DNA of 64,000 nucleotides from Patescibacteria group bacterium (GTDB lineage Bacteria; Patescibacteriota; Patescibacteriia; SG8-24): NCBI GenBank assembly GCA_034716415.1, contig JAYEJB010000043.1, positions 705 to 64,704 of the forward strand, read 5' to 3'. Shown piece by piece: positions 55,365 to 64,000 of this stretch (position 1 is its first letter; each line of letters starts with the position of its first letter). The notes under the pieces were generated by a model. It saw only the letters and a program-made list of their open reading frames with translations, ran no database searches and was not told where the DNA came from. The position numbers and the translations under genes were made by a program.

Positions 55365-55760
55365 TCAGGCGCTCCGACCCTCAGACTTTCTTGCCGAAAT
55401 GAAAAACGACTCCAGGACGGTCGCCAGCGCCACGGCCAGGAAGGCGTTCCACCAGGTCAGCATCGATTTGCTTTGGAGTAACAACGCGATCGTCACCAGA
55501 AGCGACAGTATAGTAGCCTGCCTGAACGATACCGCCACTTGCCGCGACAGATGAAATCCCTTGCCGAGAAGCGCGATGCGCGAAACGAATCCGAACACCG
55601 AAAACGTGCCAGTCAACGCCAGGAAGACACTGAAGAAGAACACCACGAACACGAGCGGCTGGGTGCCGGTCGGATCGACCATCGTCATGATCAGAATCAC
55701 CGCGCTCCAGGCAAGCGCGGTCCCCATCAGCATCAACGCGAGGTAGTGTCTAATCGTCAT
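55365..55760 (-). CDS. hypothetical membrane protein (4 TM)
   Basis: ORF track. Hydrophobic profile. Confidence 0.4.
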   Translation of the reverse strand: MTIRHYLALMLMGTALAWSAVILIMTMVDPTGTQPLVFVVFFFSVFLALTGTFSVFGFVSRIALLGKGFHLSRQVAVSFRQATILSLLVTIALLLQSKSMLTWWNAFLAVALATVLESFFISARKSEGRSA

Positions 55761-55791
55761 ATGTGCGCATTATAGCAAAGGTCAGCAAGCC

Positions 55792-56115
55792 CTACATGAC
55801 CGCCCGCAGACCTTCTATCTCATCACCACCGAGCTTGGCGTTCGCGTCCCGGATGATCTCCGCCTCGTGCATCCTGATATCTTCCGTCATCACGGACTCA
55901 CCGCAGCGTATCGTCACGATTCTGTTGCGGATTTTAACCGGCTTCATCGCCGAGGCGATCCGCTCACCGAATCGCTCGGTCAGCACCTTGCTGACAGTGT
56001 CCAAAATCATGGCAGCCTTTACGCCACCCGCGACACCGGCCCGCTTGATCGATTGCGGCATCAGTTTATCGAGGCGTTGCAGCATCCTATTTAGCCTTAA
56101 ATTCGCAGACTCCAC
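55792..56115 (-). CDS. DciA-like (DUF721) protein
   Basis: 107 aa. The pattern A(A)MILDTV...FGERIASAMKPVKIRNRIVTIRCGESVMTEDIRMHEAEIIRDANAKLG matches the DUF721 layout as remembered. Confidence 0.45.
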   Translation of the reverse strand: MESANLRLNRMLQRLDKLMPQSIKRAGVAGGVKAAMILDTVSKVLTERFGERIASAMKPVKIRNRIVTIRCGESVMTEDIRMHEAEIIRDANAKLGGDEIEGLRAVM

Positions 56116-59050
56116 GGAAGTCGCAGTACTTGCATTGCATGCCGGGACTGGGTGTGAAGTCGCCGGCGATTATCTTCGCGACAATCTCCTCAACCTCACC
56201 CTCGAGCGCGGATAGGTCCTTATCCGCGCCGATGAACGTCTGCCTGCTGTCGTCCTTCAGGAAATGGAAAGTCAGTCTCGTCGGCTTCAGACCGAGCACG
56301 CGACCGGCGGCCAATTGATACAGAAGAAGTTGTCGCTTGTCATCCTTAGACAGCTTCTCCTTCGGCTTACCCGTCTTATAGTCGATTATCTCATGCGAGC
56401 CGTCCGGAAGCGAATCGATCCGGTCGATCTTGCCGCGGAAGGTCTGTCCGCCGATCTTGATCTTGAAAGCCTGCTCAAGAAGGTGCGGCTTCGGTCTATC
56501 CGCAGTCACGCTCTCATAAAAACTGACTAGCATCTTTTTACCGAGATCGCGGTACTCTTCCTTTTCCTTCGGCCCGGGATACCAATCGTCGATCCAACAT
56601 TCCTCGTACATCTCCAATAACTCCACCTGACTTACGGGAACACCCCCCGACCCATCATCACCAAACAGATTCTCCTGTTCCGAACCATCACGCACCACAA
56701 GCTCTGTCATGAACTTCTCCAGTGTGGCGTGCATCGTCTTACCGAAGCTCATCGATGCCTTACCGAAGATCGGCAGGCGCAGGACGTGCGCGAACCTATA
56801 CTGATACGGGCATTTGGTATAGGCCTCAAGCTGAGAAAAACTGAACGACGAAGGAGGCCGATACTCCGGTGGGCCGCTGTCGATCTCCGGTTTCGGCTTC
56901 ATATCCTCCAACAGCTGAACGGAAGGGGCGATAGGCGTCTTGTCGAAACCGAGCTCGACCAGGAAGCGCGACGGTTTCTTCTTGCGTTTGCCGCCATAGT
57001 CCTCGGCTGACGACAGAAACAGCCCGTCCTTGGCCCGAGTCATGGCCACATAGAATAGGCGACGCTCTTCTTCGAGATGCATATCGCCCTCGGGAATGAT
57101 CTCCTTGGTCAGCTCGTCCGGCAGTTCGATCTCACCGCCGCGCCTATTGGTCGGAAATCGCTGGTCGACCATGTTGACGATGAAGATATACGGGAACTCG
57201 AGCCCTTTCGACGAATGCACCGTCATGACGCGCACCATGTCCGGCCCGGTATTCACGTCAAAAGCGAGCGTTCCCATATCGCCGGATTCGCGTTCCAGCT
57301 CGAGCTCCTGCATGAAACTCCGCAGGGTGGCATCTTCGTGACGCTCTTCATGGCGTTTGATGCGCTCCAGGAACTGCCGGATCAGATTAACGTTCTCCTC
57401 CTTCTCCAGCGTGTCGTACGATTTGAGCTGCTCGATGTAGCCGCTTTCATACAGGAATCTCTTTGCGATGTTCAGCACACCCTCCTTCCTGACGGACTGC
57501 GAATGTTCGGCCAGATTCCGCATGAGCCGATCCAGGACACCCAAACCTTCGGCGGACAGATCCTTCAGTTCATGTCGCCGTTTGATGGCATCGTAAAGCG
57601 ATTCACCTTTCCTGTTGTCCGCGATGTGGGTGAGCTCGATCAGGTCCGCGCCCGGCAGACTGTAGACCGGCGAGCTCAAAATTCGATAGAGCGCGGAACT
57701 CTCGTGATAGTTATCCAGGAGTTTCAGATAGTTGATACAGTCGAGCACGACCGGCTTGCCATACAGTCCTTTCAGCGCCAAGTACTGAAACGGAATACCA
57801 CGACGTTGCAATTCGGCCACGAACGGTTCGGCATGACTGTGCGACCTTACCAGAATGGCGAAATCGCTCCAGGCGATCTCGCCCGCGCCTTCTTTGATCT
57901 TGCTGATGGTGCCTATCACTTGTTGGACCTCATCTTTGAGCGTCGCGTAGTGGAGATGCGCGACTTCGGCCCTACCGTCGCGGTCCGCGGTCAGCCGCTT
58001 GCTCATCCCCTTCCCGTCCTCACCACCGAGCTTCACCTCGAGCCGATTCGGGTTGTTGAGCTGGATGAAATTGTAGGCCGTATCCAGAACCTTCTGCAGT
58101 GAGCGGTAGTTGGTGGTGATGACGCATTCCGCTGAATCCGGATAGTCTTCCTTGAATTGCAGGATATTCGAGATCGACGCGCCGCGGAACTTGTAGATCG
58201 ACTGATCGTCGTCACCGACCACGGTGATGTTCCGTTCGTCGCCAGCGAGAGCTTTCACCAACTCATACTGCGCCCAGTTGGTGTCCTGGAATTCGTCGAC
58301 CAGGATGTACTTGAACCGCTGACGCAATTCGTTGAGCACGGCCGGTCGCTTCTTGAACAGGTCCAACACGTACATATTCAAATCGCCGAAATCCATCTCA
58401 CCGCGTTCCAGGAGCAACTGCTGGTAAGTATGATATGCGTCAGCGAGTTCCTGTAGGCGCGAATCATCCTCCGCGCCATCGCTACCGCTGCGATCCTTGT
58501 CGAGCGCCCGGTTCTTGGCGAACTCGACGTATTCCTCTGGCGTCACCACCTCGTCCTTGGCGCGGGAAAAATGTTTCAGGAGCGCCTGAACGAACCGGGT
58601 CGGATTGCCGACCGGTCGGTAGTAATCGAGGTCGAAACGGTCGAAGCTGTTGCGTATCAGCAGGTACTGATCGACTTCATTCAACAGACGCGCGTCGTCG
58701 GTCAACCCGATATGCAGACCGTAATCCTGTAGGATGCGCTGGCAGAACGAATGGAACGTCGATATCCAAAGGTCTACGTAACCCATCGGCATCAGCTTGT
58801 CGACACGTTCTTCCATCTCTTCCGCGGCCTTGTCGGTGAACGTCAGCGCCAGTATCTCCTCAGGTTTGGCTTTTCCGGTAGCCACAAGCCAGGCGATGCG
58901 CCGCGTGATGACCATCGTCTTGCCGGTCCCGGCTCCGGCGACTATAAGCTGTGGCCCGTCATCGTGCGTCACGGCGGCCTCCTGCTCGGGATTCAATCCT
59001 TTCACCGCCGAATCCGGGGTCAGCTCGATAATTTGTTCGTCTTCAGACAT
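56087..59050 (-). CDS. UvrD/PcrA-family SF1 helicase fused to a C-terminal Cas4/AddB-like PD-(D/E)xK nuclease with a 4-Cys Fe-S cluster
   Basis: Helicase motifs: Walker A GAGTGKT, DEFQDTN, and VHSSKGLEF motif VI. C-terminal nuclease: SQLEAYTKCPYQYRF...IDYKTGK...CKYCDFRGVC. Confidence 0.8.
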   Translation of the reverse strand: MSEDEQIIELTPDSAVKGLNPEQEAAVTHDDGPQLIVAGAGTGKTMVITRRIAWLVATGKAKPEEILALTFTDKAAEEMEERVDKLMPMGYVDLWISTFHSFCQRILQDYGLHIGLTDDARLLNEVDQYLLIRNSFDRFDLDYYRPVGNPTRFVQALLKHFSRAKDEVVTPEEYVEFAKNRALDKDRSGSDGAEDDSRLQELADAYHTYQQLLLERGEMDFGDLNMYVLDLFKKRPAVLNELRQRFKYILVDEFQDTNWAQYELVKALAGDERNITVVGDDDQSIYKFRGASISNILQFKEDYPDSAECVITTNYRSLQKVLDTAYNFIQLNNPNRLEVKLGGEDGKGMSKRLTADRDGRAEVAHLHYATLKDEVQQVIGTISKIKEGAGEIAWSDFAILVRSHSHAEPFVAELQRRGIPFQYLALKGLYGKPVVLDCINYLKLLDNYHESSALYRILSSPVYSLPGADLIELTHIADNRKGESLYDAIKRRHELKDLSAEGLGVLDRLMRNLAEHSQSVRKEGVLNIAKRFLYESGYIEQLKSYDTLEKEENVNLIRQFLERIKRHEERHEDATLRSFMQELELERESGDMGTLAFDVNTGPDMVRVMTVHSSKGLEFPYIFIVNMVDQRFPTNRRGGEIELPDELTKEIIPEGDMHLEEERRLFYVAMTRAKDGLFLSSAEDYGGKRKKKPSRFLVELGFDKTPIAPSVQLLEDMKPKPEIDSGPPEYRPPSSFSFSQLEAYTKCPYQYRFAHVLRLPIFGKASMSFGKTMHATLEKFMTELVVRDGSEQENLFGDDGSGGVPVSQVELLEMYEECWIDDWYPGPKEKEEYRDLGKKMLVSFYESVTADRPKPHLLEQAFKIKIGGQTFRGKIDRIDSLPDGSHEIIDYKTGKPKEKLSKDDKRQLLLYQLAAGRVLGLKPTRLTFHFLKDDSRQTFIGADKDLSALEGEVEEIVAKIIAGDFTPSPGMQCKYCDFRGVCEFKAK

Positions 59051-59127
59051 GTAAGCGATTCAATTACTCGCGGGCTTATCTTATCCTTATTAGGCGATAA
59101 TATGAAGCCTGCCGACACTTACAGGCC

Positions 59128-59156
59128 TTGACCTGGCAACGATATTAAGCTAACAT
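59128..59156 (+). promoter_or_regulatory. sigma70-like promoter TTGACC-N17-TAACAT upstream of receiver-domain gene 1
   Basis: ttgacc tggcaacgatattaagc taacat, then SD aaggaaagg and the ATG at 59187. Confidence 0.4.
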
Positions 59157-59186
59157 CCGTTATTGCTCTATAGAAAGGAAAGGCGC

Positions 59187-59591
59187 ATGGCAAAACCCGT
59201 CCTAAGACCGACCGGAGCAAAGACCATTGTCGTTATGGATGACGAACAGCTGGTCCTGCGCTCCATGACAAGACGGCTGACATTGGCCGGATATCACGTG
59301 AAAGCATTTTCGGATCCGGTCCGGCTCATCCAGGCACTTTGTGAACTCAACATGGAGTTCGATCTGTTGTTGACTGATATGGACTTCGATGACGGATCCG
59401 GGTGGAGCGGCGCCAGAATCATCGAGGAGCTCCGCCGAGAGGGGTTCGACCAGCCGATGATCCTGTGGAGCGGCGGAAAGAATATTGACAGGGTGACTAT
59501 CGGACCCAACAGCTCAACCCTGAAGATGGGTAAGGGTGATATCGCTGATCTGCTGACCAGAATTTACGACCTCTTGGATATTTCGGCATGA
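59187..59591 (+). CDS. stand-alone response-regulator receiver (REC/CheY-like) domain protein 1
   Basis: DD pair (VVMDDE), phospho-acceptor Asp (LLLTDMDF) and a conserved Ser/Thr region (MILWSGG). Confidence 0.6.
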   Translation: MAKPVLRPTGAKTIVVMDDEQLVLRSMTRRLTLAGYHVKAFSDPVRLIQALCELNMEFDLLLTDMDFDDGSGWSGARIIEELRREGFDQPMILWSGGKNIDRVTIGPNSSTLKMGKGDIADLLTRIYDLLDISA

Positions 59592-59688
59592 TATGTGCCA
59601 AGGCACCACTTGTCTCAGGTGGTGCATTTTCTATTCCGGTGTCCTATGCTGAATACAGACGCTCTTTAAAGGGCGCGGGAGGTGCAGC

Positions 59689-60048
59689 ATGAACCGCGTC
59701 CGCATCATGTTGGTGGACGATGACTACGACTTTCGTGTGTGTCTGGCGATCGATCTCAAAGGATACGGCTGTCTCGTCCATCAGTTCGAGAACGGACGCG
59801 TAGCGCTCGACGCCGCGTCAGACGGGTCAGTCGAGTTCGATATCCTAGTCACGGACTGGAAAATGCCGCTCCGGTACGGCGACGAGCTGATCGAAGAACT
59901 GCGTGAGGGCGGATTTACCCAACCGATGATCCTCTGGAGCAGTAATCTACCGCTACCGAAATGCGTGGATGCCACACTTGTTCTCGGTAAGAACGTCGGC
60001 CTGTCGGGACTCACGGCCGCGATACGCCAATGTCTGCAGACACCCTGA
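59689..60048 (+). CDS. stand-alone response-regulator receiver (REC) domain protein 2 (paralogue)
   Basis: MLVDDDYD, ILVTDWKMP and MILWSS. No histidine kinase or output domain nearby. Confidence 0.6.
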   Translation: MNRVRIMLVDDDYDFRVCLAIDLKGYGCLVHQFENGRVALDAASDGSVEFDILVTDWKMPLRYGDELIEELREGGFTQPMILWSSNLPLPKCVDATLVLGKNVGLSGLTAAIRQCLQTP

Positions 60049-60107
60049 CACAACCGCTCATGCGAGCGGTCTTTTCATTAAAAAAGATCCTAGTCACACC
60101 AGGATCT

Positions 60108-60566
60108 TCAGATGTCGAACTTTGTGATCGGCAATCCGGTAAGTTTTTGCACCGTCAGCTCATCGACGATCTTAATGTTGATGCCCTTGGCCTTTCGAAG
60201 AACGGCAATCTTCTTCAACCCTTTCGCCGGAAACATCCCGCTTTTCCTGGTGCGGTGCTTGACCTCGATGCCATGGACAATCTCCCGGCCGCCGTCCCTG
60301 TCCGTCCAGATGCAGGCCCGCTTGTCGAAGATGAAATCCGGCACATACACCATCGGCATGGTGTCCGACCAATCGGGATGAAAGACCTTGATGGACACGT
60401 CCGGAGTGAACGGCACACCCATTGAGTCAAGCAGCCTGGCTACGGCGACCTCACCGGGCGTGACGTATCTGTACTTGCCGTACTTAATCCCGCTTGACTT
60501 ACCTACGACTCCGACGCTCACCATAAGAATCCCGGACCAATCCGCGTCATCCGTCAGTGTGGTCAA
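60108..60566 (-). CDS. PD-(D/E)xK nuclease-fold protein, Hjc/YraN-like (paralogue 1)
   Basis: E..A..L...G.PF ... VPDFIF ... IHGIEVK matches the E-(x)n-D-(x)n-E-x-K layout of Hjc/YraN-type endonucleases. Confidence 0.45.
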   Translation of the reverse strand: MTTLTDDADWSGILMVSVGVVGKSSGIKYGKYRYVTPGEVAVARLLDSMGVPFTPDVSIKVFHPDWSDTMPMVYVPDFIFDKRACIWTDRDGGREIVHGIEVKHRTRKSGMFPAKGLKKIAVLRKAKGINIKIVDELTVQKLTGLPITKFDI

Positions 60567-60663
60567 AAGAACCTCCTATCCGTTCAAGATTATCATCTTG
60601 CAACGTTCGGACTCATCCGTCAAAAGCGGAATAAAAAACCGTCAGCCCATACGAGCTGACGGA

Positions 60664-61182
60664 TCACTCCTTCTTCTTTTTCTTCCTGTGGGGCTTGCGT
60701 CGCTTAAGCTTCAGCGGCAACCCGCCTTTCTTGGCATAGAGTCCTATCTCGGCGTCACTCATCACCATGACGTGGATACCGCGTTGGTCGTACAGCAGGC
60801 GCGCCCTTTCAGGCTTCTTGTCCGATGCCTTGGCTTCGATGCCATGGATGACGAATTCTATCCCGTCCTCCTCGGTCCATATCCATTCATCTCCGTTGAA
60901 GATGAAGTCAGGGACGAATCCGAGCGGGGTGGTCCTGACGGAGCCGTCGGAATTCAGGAACTTACCATCGTTCTTCACCCTGAATCTCATATCCGGTATG
61001 AACCCCACATCGTGCTCAGTGAGCATTTCAGCGAGCAGCATCTCGCCCAGGGTGCAGTAATGATAACCGTTGTGCTCGTAGAGACTATTTTGACACCCGA
61101 CGTTCGCGCTGATGAATTTGATTCCCTTCCAGTCCGCTTTTTTCGCGGACCGGAACCGGTTCACCCGTTTCTTCCCTTTCAT
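60664..61182 (-). CDS. PD-(D/E)xK nuclease-fold protein, Hjc/YraN-like (paralogue 2) with a poly-Lys/Arg tail
   Basis: GEMLLAEMLTEHDVGFIP ... VPDFIF ... IHGIEAK. C-terminal KRRKPHRKKKKKE. Confidence 0.45.
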   Translation of the reverse strand: MKGKKRVNRFRSAKKADWKGIKFISANVGCQNSLYEHNGYHYCTLGEMLLAEMLTEHDVGFIPDMRFRVKNDGKFLNSDGSVRTTPLGFVPDFIFNGDEWIWTEEDGIEFVIHGIEAKASDKKPERARLLYDQRGIHVMVMSDAEIGLYAKKGGLPLKLKRRKPHRKKKKKE

Positions 61183-61252
61183 TTCCTGCTCCCGGAACTT
61201 GTGAAGGTACCTGGTACACCTTAGACTCTCGAACCTTAACTTACAACCAAAA

Positions 61253-61271
61253 GACCCGCCTGTCGGCGGGC
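61253..61271 (-). terminator. terminator downstream of atpC (hairpin gacccgcc tgtc ggcgggcc plus U-run on the minus strand)
   Basis: GC stem. The A-run at 61248-52 supplies the U-run on the minus strand. Confidence 0.45.
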
Positions 61272-61289
61272 CTGTCGATTTCTATGAAA

Positions 61290-61724
61290 TTACGCGCGTG
61301 GCCTACGTTTGAGATCCCGATATTTTCTGGCTGTCTGTTCTCGGGCTATCTCGCGTTCCAGTGAAGCGAGCATGGCTGTCGCGGCGACATCATCCATACC
61401 ACGTTTTTCCTCAAGCGCCTTCCTGGCCTCTTCGCGAGCGGCCTCGATCTTCTCCATGTCGAGCTCTTCGGCGCGTTCGGCGGTATCGGCCAGCACGATC
61501 AGTCGACCGTCCGGCTGGACTTCGATGAACCCGCCGGACACGGCGAGATACTCCTGCTCCTTACCTTCGTGCAACGTCACCACGCCCGGCCTAAGATTCG
61601 ACACGAGCGGAATGTGCCCCGGAAGTACCGTAATCTCCCCTTCCTGCGTGGGAAGGGTCACGCCGTCGACCTCCTTCTTCTCGACGATGCGTTCCGGTGT
61701 CGTGAGTTCGAACGTCAGTTTCAT
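61290..61724 (-). CDS. atpC: F0F1 ATP synthase epsilon subunit
   Basis: N-terminal beta-sandwich (PGHIPLVSNLRPGVV) and a C-terminal helical hairpin. Immediately after atpD. Confidence 0.8.
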   Translation of the reverse strand: MKLTFELTTPERIVEKKEVDGVTLPTQEGEITVLPGHIPLVSNLRPGVVTLHEGKEQEYLAVSGGFIEVQPDGRLIVLADTAERAEELDMEKIEAAREEARKALEEKRGMDDVAATAMLASLEREIAREQTARKYRDLKRRPRA

Positions 61725-61727
61725 AAT

Positions 61728-63239
<1,512 letters not shown>

Positions 63240-64000
63240 TTATCTATTCCCCTCAAGCGCGGCCTTGCCGGAGGATATTTCCGCGATTTCCGCGGTGATG
63301 CCGGCCTGTCTGGCCCTGTTAAACGTTAATGTCAGGCTATCAATCATGTCTTTAGCGGCGTCAGTAGCCGATCTCATGGCGACCATCCGGGCCGAATGTT
63401 CTGATGCCGATGATTCCAGTATCGCTTGGTAAACTTGTGCTTCAACGAGCCGTGGTAGCATCTGATCCAATACCGCAGCCGGTGACGGCTCAAAGACGTA
63501 ATCATGTCCGACCGCACCGACCTCCAGTTCTTCGGCCGCACTGTGCTCATCCGGTTCGCCGGTCGCTGACGCTTCACTCACCTCACCCAGACCCTCGATT
63601 CTGGTGATCGGCAAGAGCTGGCTAATGTTCGGATTCTGGACGATCGCTGAAACGTAGTCCGTGAACGCCAGATAGACCGCCTCATACTTCCCGTCGACGA
63701 AATCCTTGACCGCCATGTCGGCGATCGGTCGCACATCGACCACGGTCGGATGGGCTTCAAGCTCCACGAAACTTGCTATCAGATTCAGATTGAACCGTCG
63801 CGCGGCGGCCTGCCCTTTCTTGCCGACGATAATGAAATCAATCTTCGTCCCCTCTGACAGAGTCTTCACGAACGCGTTCACCTTACGAAGCATCTGCGCG
63901 TTGAACCCTCCGCACAGCCCACGATCGGACGTGAACAGGATGACCAGCACGCGGTCGGCTCCGGGTTTCGTCGAAAGAAGCGGGTGCATACCCGGCTCCG
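63240..64000 (-). CDS. atpG: F0F1 ATP synthase gamma subunit (C-terminal ~250 aa; N-terminus beyond the window end)
   Basis: C-terminal helix ...LTLTFNRARQAGITAEIAEISSG. The ORF is open to the window edge. Confidence 0.75.
   Translation of the reverse strand, partial: EPGMHPLLSTKPGADRVLVILFTSDRGLCGGFNAQMLRKVNAFVKTLSEGTKIDFIIVGKKGQAAARRFNLNLIASFVELEAHPTVVDVRPIADMAVKDFVDGKYEAVYLAFTDYVSAIVQNPNISQLLPITRIEGLGEVSEASATGEPDEHSAAEELEVGAVGHDYVFEPSPAAVLDQMLPRLVEAQVYQAILESSASEHSARMVAMRSATDAAKDMIDSLTLTFNRARQAGITAEIAEISSGKAALEGNR

Overview
This ~64 kb window comes from a GC-rich (by eye ~60%) bacterial chromosome. The gene repertoire points to a small-genome, possibly CPR/Patescibacteria-like organism: many small hypothetical membrane proteins and lipoproteins, a DciA-like protein, weak Shine-Dalgarno usage, and no obvious biosynthetic pathways apart from one orphan TrpF-like gene. 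That taxonomic reading is an inference.

The backbone is housekeeping:
- a surface-glycan cluster (Wzx-like flippase, GT4, two GT2, O-antigen-ligase-like);
- def-fmt with priA;
- lexA;
- clpB, preceded by a perfect CIRCE element;
- WecG/TagA-like GT26, gltX and an M23 peptidase;
- ftsQ-ddl-alr and serS;
- greA-lysS with a cytidylyltransferase;
- mreBCD with PBP2;
- a DciA-like gene and a UvrD-type helicase fused to a Cas4/AddB-like Fe-S nuclease;
- atpGDC.

Accessory or unusual material is scattered through the backbone:
1. Three families of short palindromic, MITE-like repeats. One is GC-rich (TTGTCATTGCGAG...CTCGCAATGACAA) and has a copy lying in-frame inside a CDS. One is AT-rich (AGCTTTTAAGCT-like) and sits upstream of several operons. 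One is a ~60-nt hairpin with GATTAAAGAC arms.
2. A two-gene cassette that is AT-rich (by eye ~35-40% GC) and bracketed by the ~60-nt hairpins.
3. A small-protein cassette immediately upstream of lexA, containing a Trp-rich cationic repeat peptide and two small membrane proteins.
4. A PriA whose Walker A, Walker B and arginine-finger motifs are all degenerate.
5. A Dgt-like HD phosphohydrolase followed by two tandem small paralogues, each with its own near-identical terminator.
6. Two stand-alone receiver domains facing two tandem Hjc/YraN-like PD-(D/E)xK proteins.
7. A 4 x 68 bp plus 2 x 43 bp tandem repeat array in the alr-serS spacer.
8. A hairpin-dense ~500 nt non-coding tract downstream of lexA.

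I did not recognise any rRNA, tRNA or CRISPR array. Coordinates come from reading the sequence directly. Family assignments are from memory of motifs and have not been searched against databases. The ORF track uses GTG/TTG as well as ATG starts, so several starts were moved to a downstream ATG.
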